This document shows positions 1 through 12,550 of a stretch of DNA of 64,000 nucleotides, in pieces (position 1 is the stretch's first letter; every line of letters starts with the position of its first letter). Under the pieces are notes generated by a model that saw only the letters and a list, made by a program, of their open reading frames with translations, was not told the DNA's origin and did no database searches. This stretch comes from Nemertoderma westbladi (lineage: Eukaryota; Animalia; Xenacoelomorpha). Location: NCBI GenBank assembly GCA_032718475.1, contig JAUCBJ010001865.1, positions 17,697 through 81,696 of the forward strand, written 5' to 3'. The position numbers were made by a program, and so were the translations under genes.

Positions 1-150
1 ACATGGGTGTGAATAAATGTTTCAAATTTGTTATATCTTTATATCCATAGAGCCAGAACAAAACAAATGAAAAATTATCATTACGAGAAAAACTGAATAA
101 AACCTTCTCATTTGTTTTACCTCTGATATTTTACAACTGTAATGTTGTAT

Positions 151-1647
151 ACCTGCCGAACTCCAAAGAAGCATTAAAAGCATGTCCAATAATAAAGCGA
201 GTGGATTAGATGAAATCCCAGCGGAGGTATGGAAAACCGGAGTGCTAAATAGACCATTATTGAATGTTTGCAACCGGATGTTAAAAGGGGAAAAGCCACC
301 ACCAATTTGGACTAAAGGTCAACTAAAGCCCCTCCCCAAGAAAGGAGACCTCGGCATACCAACAAACTATCGTGGGATCTGTCTGCTTGTGGTAGCTGCC
401 AAAATATACAATAAAATGATTCTATATAGGATTAGGCCTCACATAGAGAAACTACTGCGTAAGAGCCAAAACGGATTTCGACCAAGTAGATCAACAATAG
501 CTCAGATACTTGCACTACGGAGACTGATTGAAGGAATTAAGTCAAAGAATCTCCCCGCAGTCATGACTTTTGTGGACTTCAAGAAGGCATTCGACTCCAT
601 CCATAGAGGTAAAATGCTTGAAATCCTAAAAGCTTATGGAATACCAGAAGTAATTGTTGCTGGCATTGGATTGTTATATTGTGACACAGAAGCGCAGGTA
701 CTCTCACCAGATGGTGAAACTGAGTTTTTCTCAATCCTGGCTGGCGTACTGCAAGGTGACACATTAGCACCATTACTATTTGTAATTGTGATGGATTACG
801 CAATGAGGACGGCCACAAAGGGTGAAGATCTGGGATTCACACTTCAAGAACGCAGAAGTAGTAGATATCCGGCAACTACAGTCACAGACACCGACTTTAC
901 GGATGACATCGCCCTGCTCTCTAATACGCTAGCAGATGCACAGCTTCTACTAAATAAAGTGGAGAGGGCTGCTAAGGAGGTTGGATTGCATATAAATGCT
1001 ACCAAGACCGAATTCATGACCTTTAATGTTGATGGAAACTTGACAACCATTGATAATAATCAACTAAGGGAGGTAGATGACTTCCAGTACCTTGGATCGC
1101 GGATAGAGAGTAGCAAAAAGGACATAGAAGTTAGGAAAGCAAAGGCTTGGGTAGCTCTATCAAAAATGGATACCATCTGGAAATCAGATCTCTCCAGGCA
1201 CCTGAAGACCAAGTTCTTTCGAGCCACAGTGGAAAGTGTATTTTTATACGGGGGTGAGACCTGGACACTGACTAAATCACTTGAACAACGAATTGATGGT
1301 TGCTACACAAGACTACTAAGGGCAGCCCTAAACATCAGCTGGAGACAACACATGACAAACGCCGCGCTTTATGGTACAATACCACCTGTATCAACCACCC
1401 TCCGTGAACGCAGATTAAGATTCAGTGGGCACTGCTGGCGAAGTAAAGACGAGGTCATACCAGATCTACTTTTCTGGCAACCAACTCATGGAAAGCGTAG
1501 TCGTGGACGACCTGCCATAACATATATAGATCAACTTGAAAGGGATACTGAACTTGGAAGAAACGAAATTGCGACAACTATGGAGAATCGGGAAGCCTGG
1601 AAGGATCTCATTTCCACTGTCCGAGTTCGCTCGACCTAGTAGTAGTA
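151..1647 (+). mobile_element. 5'-truncated RTE-like non-LTR retrotransposon with (TAG)n tail and 12-bp TSD
   Basis: RT ORF ends in a TAGTAGTAG tail; GTAATGTTGTAT is directly repeated at 139-150 and 1648-1659; no endonuclease domain, so 5' truncated. Confidence 0.92.
182..1639 (+). CDS. Non-LTR reverse transcriptase (partial ORF of the RTE-like LINE)
   Basis: Motifs PKKGDL..NYRGI, QNGFR, FVDFKKAFDSI, GVLQGDTLAPLLF, DFTDDIALL (YADD-equivalent), FQYLGS, C-terminal RRLRFSGH..RSRGRP typical of the RTE clade. Confidence 0.9.
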   Translation: MSNNKASGLDEIPAEVWKTGVLNRPLLNVCNRMLKGEKPPPIWTKGQLKPLPKKGDLGIPTNYRGICLLVVAAKIYNKMILYRIRPHIEKLLRKSQNGFRPSRSTIAQILALRRLIEGIKSKNLPAVMTFVDFKKAFDSIHRGKMLEILKAYGIPEVIVAGIGLLYCDTEAQVLSPDGETEFFSILAGVLQGDTLAPLLFVIVMDYAMRTATKGEDLGFTLQERRSSRYPATTVTDTDFTDDIALLSNTLADAQLLLNKVERAAKEVGLHINATKTEFMTFNVDGNLTTIDNNQLREVDDFQYLGSRIESSKKDIEVRKAKAWVALSKMDTIWKSDLSRHLKTKFFRATVESVFLYGGETWTLTKSLEQRIDGCYTRLLRAALNISWRQHMTNAALYGTIPPVSTTLRERRLRFSGHCWRSKDEVIPDLLFWQPTHGKRSRGRPAITYIDQLERDTELGRNEIATTMENREAWKDLISTVRVRST

Positions 1648-1719
1648 GTAATGTTGTATGGATCGTTCTGATTCTCCTATTACCTCAATATCTTATATCT
1701 TTCAATATAAGAAGACTAA

Positions 1720-2111
1720 GGGGCCGTGCACAAATGATGTCACTGTAGAATGGGGGGGGGGGGGGTAGCTATACTTGTGACGTCACAATAGCACTTTTTT
1801 TTGAACAACCAACAAATAAAATACATTTTACAAAATACAAAATTTATTACAATAAAATAAATCATTCCCATGGGAGTGAATATGTGGGGTGTCTCTTCCT
1901 TGTTTAAGTCATTGTGTACAGCTGAATTAATGAAGTATTAACATTTAGTATTAATAAGATAATAATTTCAAATTTAGCATTTTTTATTAAATATACTGGG
2001 TATTTTTTGTGACGTGACGTTCAAGGGGGGAATCGTGACAGATTGTGACAGAGGGTAGAGGGAGGGTGGAAAATCGTAAAAAAAAGCGTGACATCATTTG
2101 TTCACGGCCTC
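1720..2111. mobile_element. MITE (~390 bp) with ~24-bp terminal inverted repeats
   Basis: GGGGCCGTGCACAAATGATGTCAC (1720-1743) vs GTGACATCATTTGTTCACGGCCTC (2088-2111); TA-rich flanks; non-coding. Confidence 0.75.
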
Positions 2112-3134
2112 TATAAGGTTTTAACATAAGATGCATAACGCCATCTTGCGTCATTTTGGTAAAAGAATCAATTTAAATTCTAGTTATTAAAATTATATTG
2201 TGTTGTTATGACTCTATGGTCACACGATATGAACTAAGTACAAACAAACAGAGAGATAAGTGGATTACGTGGTTGGTATAGTTTACGGTTATGGGTTGCG
2301 TAACTAGGTATATATTAGTCATTATAGTCTTATGCAATGTGACGTCAACACCAGGTGAGTCATTGTAAATGCATCCTGCATTAATATTTAACCATCGCAT
2401 CACCCATTCAAATAATCTGCTATCCTATTTAATTACCTACCCTGCAATGTGTTTTCATTTATTCTTGTGGCGTTGGACAAAAATTGTGTAAATAGTGGTT
2501 CAACATTTACACTTGGTACAGAACTACATAGCACAAGCTAAGACAGCAATAATCGCAAATTGGTAAAAACAAGACCCCAGCTTCAATTACCGTTGCTATG
2601 AAACTGTCTGACTCCAGTCCAGAGTAGACGCGTTTGAAGAAAAGGATCAATTGAATTGTATCATCATGAGTATTAAGCAGTATAATTCGGACTGCGCCGA
2701 CAATATTACAATAAAACGCAAATAAAATCAACTCACATTATATTACATTAAAACATAAAGTAAAATGACAACTACCCCAAAGAAGTCATCAATTTTCTCT
2801 AGCATTTAGGGCTTAAATTAGTGAGTGCATTCCAGGTCGAAATAGTTATTAAATAAGTTAGAATTGGCAAGCTTGTACTGATTGAGAATGATTAGTCAAC
2901 AGTAGCGGTGTATTACCATGGAGTCCTGGTTTGGTATTTAATAATGTCAGTGGATCACTTTGGACTTGGATATTTTTTAGGGCCGCGTAGCGAGACCTCT
3001 AGTATTCACTACGTTGTTGTTGATAATTTCCAGTTAGCTTTTAGTTTTATAAGGCTTCGGCTTGCACGGCATAGCTTTCTTAAAAATGCAGCTGCAATGC
3101 AGCATGCCGATCCTACAAGGCTTCGGCTTCATAC

Positions 3135-3215
3135 GGCGCAGTGGCGAAGTTGGTATAGCGTTGGACTTGAATCTCTAGGTACCGAGTTCAATCCTCACGT
3201 TCTGGTGAATTTTTG
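3135..3215 (+). mobile_element. tRNA-derived SINE-like head (Pol III A/B boxes)
   Basis: A box TGGCGAAGTTGG, B box GAGTTCAATCC, downstream T-run; no proper acceptor stem. Confidence 0.45.
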
Positions 3216-3624
3216 TTGGTAGTAATACTAATAGTAAGCCATTCAAGGAGGAGACAGTTAATGCGTTAGTAGTTAGACGTGGACATTTACACATTTGTCG
3301 CTCGGCTCCCTTTGAAACATTATTAGTTTGCAGTAATGTCCTGTAAAGTATTTCTGTACCAAATTTCAGTAAAGTATCATATTGCAGAATTCGAAGTATT
3401 TCCTATTCTGAGCTCAAAAGCGACCGGAATAGACAATTGGGGTTACAAAAGTACCACAAATTAACCACATAACTTATTTTTAGCTTTAATTGACGCATGG
3501 GTAGATGATTGGACAGGCCACATGGTCAGTGTCAACATTAGAAAGTTACGAGAAGCCGCTATTGTGAAAAATAATCACAGATATAAAAGAGACTATTGGC
3601 TGAGTAAGTTTGAAGTTTAATACT

Positions 3625-3833
3625 ATATAACACGAGGTACCTCTATGGGGCCTCAGCACAGCACGTATCAACTCGAATATAACACGAGGTACCTCAATGG
3701 GGCCTCTGCACAGAACGTATCAACTCGAATATAACACGAGGTACCTCAATGGGGCCTCAGCACAGAACGTATCAACTCGAATATAACACGAGGTACGTCA
3801 ATGGGGGCTCAGCACACCACCTATCAACTCGAA
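3625..3833. repeat. 52-bp minisatellite, 4 copies
   Basis: ATATAACACGAGGTACCTCAATGGGGCCTCAGCACAGAACGTATCAACTCGA recurs at ~3625, 3677, 3729, 3781. Confidence 0.9.
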
Positions 3834-4499
3834 AGGATTATATAAAACATATATATTATATAAAACAAATGAGCTTATTTTAGGTTATCAACATAATATT
3901 TTACCTCCATTTATTTTAATAATTAGCTATAGACATACAGTCTGTCGGCTGCAATGACACAAAAAATTATTTAATTAAGGCCACTATATGACGATGGCGT
4001 CGACTTTTTTAATGGTATTAACACAATGCAACGTTGTTGTTTGCCCTAATATCTCAAGTTACTGGTTTTATCTTGTAGGTTTGAAGACAATGAAACACCG
4101 CAAAGGACTCTGTTTGTTTACAATAGAACGAATCAATAGTTGGGAAGGAAGATACTGCTGTTCCATGTTTGGTTGCGACCACAGACTCAAACAGCTCTGT
4201 CTGCACCCTTCATGGGTCGTATGTCAATACGATAATCTGGACTAGCGTCAGCCACATTGTCCTGCCTATTTGATGGCTGTGCTAACAACTTCTTATCTCT
4301 TCATAATCTGATTTTAACTAATAATTCGCCATTAAATAAAAATTATGTCCGTGTAATCATATTATTATTATTATTTATTTCGTACACTGGCATGCAGTCA
4401 GGAACAGAGTAAGTAAAGAGAAGAGACAAAAACCACAAAATAATACACAGAGAAGGCAAAGACACTATATAACAAAATAATACACGATAAAGAGATATA

Positions 4500-5260
4500 G
4501 TGTCATGATAATCTACATAAAAAAATATGGAAATACAAAGTAATTAATTAGTACGTAGTGACATACACAAATAAATCGGACATTTCTGATTTTGATAAAC
4601 CCGGAAGTTCAAAAGTGTCGAACTTCAAACAATTAACGAGTTCCCTAGCACAATCAACCCGCCAATTTTCTGATTCTTCTACATAAACATATCGTAAAGA
4701 ATTAATCTCCTCATTGCTTAAGTTGTTTAAATTCGGTTGCTTTAATCCATTAAAAATAAGTCTCAAATTGAGACCAATACGGCTTCTGCAGTCAAAAAGT
4801 GTTATACGATAGAAATCTAATCGGATACTTGGAAGAGCTATACACAGATTTAATGAAATTCAGCAACCGTTTACAAATCATTATTACTCGTGGATGAGAA
4901 AATTGTACAAGGCGTTCTACAATAAATCTATGACTGTTAAAAGGTAACCCCCATATAATACGAATATTGTTGTTCCAAGCTGTAAAATTCTAGAACAATC
5001 ATGAGAAAGTAAGTCCCAAACTACACTCCCATAAAAACTAGTGGCGTAAATTCTTTAAATATTTGAAATACACGAAGGTGATCGAATGAAAATTCCTGTC
5101 TTAAAATTACTAATCTTACCAATAAAAGCTCCCCGTTTAAGAATTAAGTCCCTATCTAATTTGCACCTATAGTCTAGTGTGATACCTAAATGCTGTGCTT
5201 GTTGAACCCACGAAATACTAATGTTATCTACTACTATGTTATTCAGTGGTTTACACTATT
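4500..5260 (-). mobile_element. Degenerate LINE 3' fragment (L2/CR1-like)
   Basis: Minus-strand fragments translate to QQAQHLGITLD and SFYGSVVWDL, typical of the LINE RT C-terminal region; several stops and frameshifts. Confidence 0.45.
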
Positions 5261-5694
5261 GAAGTTTTATATACCCGAAAGGTGGTTAATATATTTCAAA
5301 ATAAGCCAATATTAACGTAAATGAACACTGGAAGTGAACGCAAGCAAACGTGGCATTGCTCTGACCGGAAACCAACTATTTGACCACGATAATGGCTATT
5401 ATATTTTTTTTTGTTCTAGAATATAAACTTCACCTTCTGATAGACGGTAGATAATATTTTTTAGATTAACGTGCGTGTATGTATGTGTGTGTGTGTACTG
5501 TATGTGTATGTCTGGATAATAATATTGCTAACGACTAATTATTGACTTTAAAGAAAATGACCAAAGAAAATGGCGACAGTGTTCAGTAAAACTGAACGGA
5601 CACAGATGGTGGCCCTCAGTTTGCTTCTGTCGACGATGGATCAAAGATTGGCCCATGTAAACTTTCTGCCGCTATATTTCACTTTGCAGTTACC

Positions 5695-5915
5695 CCCAAG
5701 TGAAGAATACCAGGTTTTCACCAAAAACACAGGTTACAGAAGGGCTGAATCTAACCAAAACAATAAACGAATTAGTATATGTACAGGTTATAAGACAGAA
5801 ATAAGCGCTATAAAACACTTAATAAAGATAAACAAAAAAGAATAAAAAATCTTCATATATAAAATTCCAATAAAAAATCGACCGAAAAGTGAAATCCTGG
5901 TATTCTTCACATGGG
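5695..5915. mobile_element. Small MITE with CCC..GGG termini
   Basis: CCCAAGTGAAGAATACCAGGTTTTCAC vs GTGAAATCCTGGTATTCTTCACATGGG inverted termini. Confidence 0.65.
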
Positions 5916-6255
5916 CGCAAAGATTTATCACATCCAGAGCAGGAGATACCTTCCAATAAACTTTAATTATAGATTTAAATGTATAATTAATAATGTGTAC
6001 CTGTTTATAAATTTAACTTATATTCGAAATAGTACATGATAAAATGTTCAAATGAGCATCCATAAAATCATTTCCTCACATACCGAACGCGATAAGTTCA
6101 CATAATGTAACAAAATTACATACATAATTGCTTGCAATGGTCACTTTTCAGCGTTAAAGACCCTTGTTTATTTATGTAAACCTCCCTCGCTGCGCTCGCT
6201 CGGTACATAAATAAACTCAGGTCGTAACGCTGCAAAATGCTACTTTGCACACAAT

Positions 6256-6621
6256 GATGTAAATAATTATGAATTTGGATGGGAAATAGCTGAGTTAGGG
6301 CATTCGAATGTTGCATGTATTTACTACCCCTACCCTATACAGGCCAATTATTATATTTAATAAATACACAACGTTCTAGAACATTTTGTTTATGTACTAA
6401 TATCCATGTAATACCACGGCCTACGTAACGTACTAGTATTATAATTATAGGCGCATTGCATTGTTGCCAAGCTACTTATTAGTAAAACAAAATGTTCTAG
6501 AACTTTGTGTATGTATTAAATAGAATAAATGGCCCGCATTGGAAGCTAATACATGCAAAATTCGAATGCCCATATCTGCATATCTCGGCTATTTCCCAAC
6601 CAAATTCAATTATTTTTACAT
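6256..6621. repeat. Long imperfect palindrome (foldback/MITE-like)
   Basis: GGGAAATAGCTGAG..GGGCATTCGAAT..TTCTAGAACATTTTGTTT is mirrored by AAACAAAATGTTCTAGAA..ATTCGAATGCCC..CTCGGCTATTTCCC. Confidence 0.65.
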
Positions 6622-7080
6622 ATTTGGAATCCTTGCACGGTTAGCTTTTTAATAGTGCCAACAAATCACTAAATGTTTGAAGAATAACTGCGGTGTAACT
6701 GGTGCAATATCGACGGAGACACTTTTTTTAAACACTTGTAGCTAAAGAATGAAAGCGAAAATAAAAATTCTGGCTCACCAAGCAAGGAGAAGGGAGGTGA
6801 AACTATCTGTTTCAAATTCCATGCAATCTCAATAAGATTTGTAGAAAAATTTGGGGGGGGGGGGGGGGGTCCAGGTACCTGAATAACGACATTATATTCC
6901 AGGACATGGTGTATAGTAGTGCCATTATTGCAAAGCCGACAACAATTAGATATGTGCGAGTTTTTATGTTTTTTATCAATTGATTGATGGGGCAGGTTAG
7001 TTAGTTTGATTTTAAACAGAGTAACAGAGTTTAAACAGAGTAGATATTAAACTCCTTAACTACATTAATTTTATATCTAT

Positions 7081-7460
7081 CTAGTGGGGTCGCTTAAGGC
7101 AAAAATATAGCAAAATCGTTACCGGACAAAAGCATGAAAATGTCACTATATATGTAAAAAAATGTTTAGATTAATCTGAGCCTGTGTACCAAAAATATTG
7201 ACTACTTCCCTAGCAACAGGGTGACTTTTTCCTAGCAACCGGATACTTTTGGTCGTATCTGTTATTGCAACTCGCCATAAACAAAAATTACGATTATATA
7301 ACTTGGTTGGTTAAAAATAGAAATCGTGTACACGTTTCCATAGCAACCATAGTTGACCTTTCCCTAGCAACTGCCTGCAATTCTGATTGAAATGTGGTAT
7401 AATCAACCTGTATAGCAATATAAGATTGTTAGTAGTTATATTAGAGCTGATACACGTTTC
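7081..7460 (-). mobile_element. Non-autonomous interspersed repeat, copy A (inverted relative to copy B at 11740-12252)
   Basis: TAGTGGGGTCGCTTAAGG..GATTAATCTGAGCCTGTGTACC is the reverse complement of 12150-12252; contains repeated GTTGCTA(T/G)G motifs. Confidence 0.6.
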
Positions 7461-8874
7461 AATAAAAATATTTCACTTTAAGCTTATGGGGATAATGTGT
7501 GTTTATAAAACTACAGTTGTAAAAGTATAAAAGTACAGTTAAAAATCCAAAAATGTAGCCACGGGCGGAACTGACCCCCTAATAATAATAATATAATAAT
7601 ACAATGTTGATAGATTTCTCTAAAAAAATCTGTAAGAACTACTTCCAACTTCAATAATTTATAGCAACTGCTTGTTAGACATACTGTATATCAATCACAT
7701 GATTCGTACTAGAAAGCCAGCAAGCTGGCTGGAAGGAGCCCGGGGGAAGAATCCTAGCCAAGACTATTACAAATAAACCTTGTCAGTCAGCAGTAAGTAA
7801 ACTAAACAATTGTCTAAACTATAAGGCGTGGGGCTAGCTGACTTTGTGGCTCGTCCCACATAATAAAAAATGAAACATTGCTATGACAATGGTTATATGT
7901 ATTTTTCAACCAATCGATTAATGTAAGTTTTAAACCACCGGTTACTTTGTATCAAATAATATGAACCGCCGTTTATTCCTAAGTCAAACACTGTTTCTGT
8001 TTTATGATAGCAATTACAATCCGGAAAACCACCGTTTCAATGTAACACTGCAGTTTGGGAAAATTTTAACCACCGTTTCAATGTAACACTGCACTTTGGG
8101 AAAATTTAAACCACCGTTCTAGCATATGCCAATTTGTAACCAGCGGTTTTAAAAGAGCAACCATCGGTTGAAAATTTTATACCAGAGGTTAAAAAAAGAA
8201 CCGCCGAACAATTTTTTCAGTGAACACACCCGGTTATTTTAAATTTGCGTGATTTGAGTTTTATGCTCACACCACTATTTGTAAGAAATGTTAAAACTTA
8301 TCTTATGCCAATGTAGTAATAGTATTAAAATATAATTAAATTAATTTACACTATTAATGCTTCAGCTAAAAAATGATGCTAATCCTATGTAATAATAAAA
8401 ATAAGAATATTATTTTTAAGAACATTCTACATATATCCTATACAAAATAATCAGCCCAATGATTCGTGGAATAATAATATAATCCTACTGCAGTGGTATA
8501 ATTTATTTTGTTTATTGACATCTCAACTATTTTCTGTCTATCCCTGAGAGCTGATAAAGGATGTGTAGACTCATCCAGCAGCCAGCAGTAGGAGGGATGT
8601 AGTCAAGAATTTCTGCATTGATGAATTCTATCTCAGGCAGCCCTGCACTCAACCATTACTACACAGCTAGCTGCTGCAGCAGCTCAGGGAGGAGTTGTTA
8701 CTTTACCATTGCTTTTAACTTCGCGACAAAATAATTTCAAAAAACGATATATATCGAATACCACACATAGAATCGATCTGATATTTTGTAACGCGATTAT
8801 GAACCACCAAAGCAATTTACTTTTAAAATTTCAACAAAATCGCCAGGCAGGAAGTGCCTGAACCTTGATAATTA

Positions 8875-10024
8875 TCAGTCAGTCAGTCAGTCAGTCAGTC
8901 AGTCAGTCAGTCAGTCAGTCAGTCAGTCAGTCAGTCAGTCAGTCAGTCAGTCAGTCAGTCAGTCAGTCAGTCAGTCAGTCAGTCAGTCAGTCAGTCAGTC
9001 AGTCAGTCAGTCAGTCAGTCAGTCAGTCAGTCAGTCAGTCAGTCAGTCAGTCAGTCAGTCAGTCAGTCAGTCAGTCAGTCAGTCAGTCAGTCAGTCAGTC
9101 AGTCAGTCAGTCAGTCAGTCAGTCAGTCAGTCAGTCAGTCAGTCAGTCAGTCAGTCAGTCAGTCAGTCAGTCAGTCAGTCAGTCAGTCAGTCAGTCAGTC
9201 AGTCAGTCAGTCAGTCAGTCAGTCAGTCAGTCAGTCAGTCAGTCAGTCAGTCAGTCAGTCAGTCAGTCAGTCAGTCAGTCAGTCAGTCAGTCAGTCAGTC
9301 AGTCAGTCAGTCAGTCAGTCAGTCAGTCAGTCAGTCAGTCAGTCAGTCAGTCAGTCAGTCAGTCAGTCAGTCAGTCAGTCAGTCAGTCAGTCAGTCAGTC
9401 AGTCAGTCAGTCAGTCAGTCAGTCAGTCAGTCAGTCAGTCAGTCAGTCAGTCAGTCAGTCAGTCAGTCAGTCAGTCAGTCAGTCAGTCAGTCAGTCAGTC
9501 AGTCAGTCAGTCAGTCAGTCAGTCAGTCAGTCAGTCAGTCAGTCAGTCAGTCAGTCAGTCAGTCAGTCAGTCAGTCAGTCAGTCAGTCAGTCAGTCAGTC
9601 AGTCAGTCAGTCAGTCAGTCAGTCAGTCAGTCAGTCAGTCAGCAAGTCAGTCAGTCAGTCAGTCAGTCAGTCAGTCACGTCAGTCAGTCAGTCAGTCAGT
9701 CAGTCAGTCAGTCAGTCAGTCAGTCAGTCAGTCAGTCAGTCAGTCAGTCAGTCAGTCAGTCAGTCAGTCAGTCAGTCAGTCAGTCAGTCAGTCAGTCAGT
9801 CAGTCAGTCAGTCAGTCAGTCAGTCAGTCAGTCAGTCAGTCAGTCAGTCAGTCAGTCAGTCAGTCAGTCAGTCAGTCAGTCAGTCAGTCAGTCAGTCAGT
9901 CAGTCAGTCAGTCAGTCAGTCAGTCAGTCAGTCAGTCAGTCAGTCAGTCAGTCAGTCAGTCAGTCAGTCAGTCAGTCAGTCAGTCAGTCAGTCAGTCAGT
10001 CAGTCAGTCAGTCAGTCAGTCAGT
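8875..10024. repeat. (TCAG)n tetranucleotide microsatellite, ~1.15 kb
   Basis: Nearly pure AGTC array with two interruptions near 9643 and 9677. Confidence 0.98.
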
Positions 10025-10365
10025 GTTATATATCCTGAGATTTTTACAGTAAGTATCCCGCCTGTCGAGCGGGCTCCTAATAATTAAAAGAATTGGTATA
10101 AGTATAGTCATTGGGGGTAAAAAAAGAACAGACCGATTCGATTTGTGGGGTATAAAAAAAACACTGCATAACTCAAGTTCACTTATACGTGAGAAAGTGA
10201 TATTACTACCATTTGAAAGAGCGTTTTTTATTGGCTTAGCCAGTATCCAATCAAATCACCTCAGCCTACAATATGACGTTGTTAACCAGCTGATTTCAAG
10301 TTGTTATTATTTTGGCTGGTGGAGGGTTCCAACCACAGTATTTCCCAACCATGAATTATATTTTT

Positions 10366-10463
10366 AATTTATTATTGGTGTTATGGGTGAATGAGTGGCT
10401 TCATATTATTATAACTTTAACTTATGAAGCCACTCATTCCACCCATAATACCAATAATAAATT
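10366..10463. repeat. ~40-bp-arm hairpin inside the TIR element
   Basis: TTATTGGTGTTATGGGTGAATGAGTGGCTTCATA / TATGAAGCCACTCATTCCACCCATAATACCAATAA. Confidence 0.8.
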
Positions 10464-10718
10464 ATAAATATACCGGTCGCATTTCTCTATGGGTGTAAAT
10501 ATCCTGCCTAAATTAATAGTTAGAGTGTTTAATTAATCATTGTGGCCGTGATGGTTCATGGTTAATATACCTACCATTTCATTGTAGCGAGTTGTTAAAG
10601 ACGGCCAAGTACGGTAGGGTTGAGCACAGTGGCAGCATATGACAGATGGGAGGCCATGAGGAGGTAAATTGCGGACATACAAGGTATCAGATAGTATTTC
10701 CAGGTCTATCTTTTACCT

Positions 10719-10795
10719 GAGCCGCTAGCTGAATGGTTAGAGCGTCAGACTTCCAACTCGGAGGTCACCAGTTCGATCCCACCTGGACGTGTCAA
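10719..10795 (+). mobile_element. tRNA-derived SINE-like head / tRNA pseudogene
   Basis: TAGCTGAATGGTTAGAGCG (A box), CTTCCAA anticodon-like loop, CAGTTCGATCCC (B box); acceptor stem does not pair. Confidence 0.55.
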
Positions 10796-11739
10796 TGCTC
10801 TTTCCAACACAAATGGTCTAATTGTATCATTCCAACCAGATCGCTCTGTACAGCGTGGTTTTTTTACCCACCTAAAATGTATGTGTGGGGTAAAAAAAAA
10901 CAGGGTGATTCCAGCCGTTTCACACAGTTGAACAATAGACTGAACTCAGCATATGCGTGAGGTGGCTAAAAGTAATAATCTGTGAATGACAGCCCATGAC
11001 TTTCTTGAGACGCCTCTTAAAGGACACTGGCCTTTAAGATGCGGATGATCTAGCAAATATCATGGGTGATAGGGATTTGTGGCGGCGCAATTTTGTCGAT
11101 AAGCCGACACAGCATTCTTAATGCACGCTGCAATGGCAATAATATTTTTGTTAAGCCAGCATACATCTCAATGTGCTGCGTCAATGCAGCAAGCCGATTA
11201 TAGTAGTAGATCGAATTTTCATTCAACCGATTCAACACAGAGTAGTTTCTATCCGCCTCAATCACCGAAATACATGTCAGAAATGCGGCCTGATCCTTCG
11301 GTTGTTGTGTGATTTATAACAGAGCCATCAGATTAGGCAGTTAGGCAGGACTACTACACTACTGAGCTGTGATGATTCCACACTTGAAACTATGTTTTTT
11401 ATTTACCCACACTTGTTTTTTTTTACCCCATTTTGGGGTAAATAAAAAACATCACTTTTTTGACCATAATTTATTTAAATATATGTCAGGTGATATTGTT
11501 TGATGATCATTAAATCACATTTTTGATTAGCTTACAGACAATACCAAATTTACTTAAATCCATGGAATTTTAACAATTTCATTGACAAAAAATGGATAAT
11601 TGTTTTTTTTTACCCCAATGACTATATAATACTAAATAATTTTAACTTACAGTCTTTTGGCTGTGTATTTGATGTATAAACACATTATTCTCATAAAGCC
11701 AAAAGTGCAATATTTCTTAAATTTCTTTTATTTCTATGG

Positions 11740-12252
11740 AAACGTGTTTCACAGCTCCAATACAACTACTAACCATCTTATATTGCTATAAATGCTGTTA
11801 ATCTCCAGTTTTCGATCTTAATTACACTAAATTTCAGGCAGTTCCTAAGGAAAGGTCACCTTGTTGCTATGGACACGTGTATCAGCGCCATTGTTATTAC
11901 TAACAATTTTCTATTGCTAGACATGTTGATCATCCAAAGTTTCAATCATAATTTCATTAATTATAGAGCGGTTGCTAGGTAAAGGTATCCTTGTTGCTAT
12001 GGAAACGTGTACAGACTTATATTATAAACTAACCCAGTTATATAAATCGTAATTTTTGTATATGGAGAGTTTCAATAACAGAAACGACCAATTTTACCCG
12101 GTTGCTATGAAAAAGTCACCCAGTTGCTAGGGATGTAGTCAATTTTTTTGGTACACAGGCTCAGATTAATCTACACTTTTTTTTACATATATAGTGACAT
12201 TTTCATGCTTTTGTCCGGTAATTAACGATTTTCACCTTAAGCGACCCCACTA
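11740..12252 (+). mobile_element. Non-autonomous interspersed repeat, copy B
   Basis: Homologous (inverted) to 7081-7460; repeated GTTGCTATGGAAAC-like motifs; ends CTTAAGCGACCCCACTA. Confidence 0.6.
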
Positions 12253-12270
12253 TATTGGAATTATACTTAC

Positions 12271-12454
12271 CCCGTCTTTGCACACCATGGAACCATCTCG
12301 GCATACAGTCTTATAAGCTTTGTTCTCATTTATCGGACATAGCCCATCGTGGCAGTAGGCCAGCTCCGTGCACTCGGTCCCAGGCGAACACTCCACAGTA
12401 GAACCTTCGACGGGCTCACACTCTTTCGTACAACAGTTGCCTCCGGCCGAGGGA
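12271..12454 (-). CDS. ADAM10: ADAM10-like exon G (disintegrin / start of Cys-rich domain)
   Basis: ttgtag|T CCC...GAC GGG|gtaagt; (S)PSAGGNCCTKECEPVEGSTVECSPGTECTELAYCHDGLCPINENKAYKTVCRDGSMVCKDG; phase 2->0 matches the previous exon. Confidence 0.88.
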
Positions 12455-12550
12455 CTACAACGAAAACATATCGCATGTAATTCCTTAAAACCAACTTGAT
12501 AGAAACGATATGTGTACGAATATGTTATATTTAGGGCACAACTATCCTAC

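Larger units (their letters stand above)
10105..11624. mobile_element. Non-autonomous TIR DNA element with TA TSD (~1.5 kb)
   Basis: TA|TAGTCATTGGGGGTAAAAAAA at 10103 and TTTTTTTTTACCCCAATGACTA|TA at 11626; internal TGGGGTAAAAAA repeats; no transposase. Confidence 0.7.

Noticed and set aside
8865-10052. 395-aa (SQSV)n ORF
   Set aside because: Translation of the TCAG microsatellite
10719-10795. Functional tRNA gene (also 3135-3215 and 17225-17300)
   Set aside because: A and B boxes present but acceptor stems do not pair; treated as tRNA-derived sequences
7081-12252. One 5.2-kb TIR transposon bounded by the inverted copies
   Set aside because: No convincing TSD or transposase and the copies are noticeably diverged; two independent insertions is simpler
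1660-12260. Downstream ADAM exons (Cys-rich, TM, tail), e.g. candidates at 2507-2731 and 3988-4310
   Set aside because: No frame gave ADAM-like sequence with matching splice phase by eye; they may lie outside the window or I missed them
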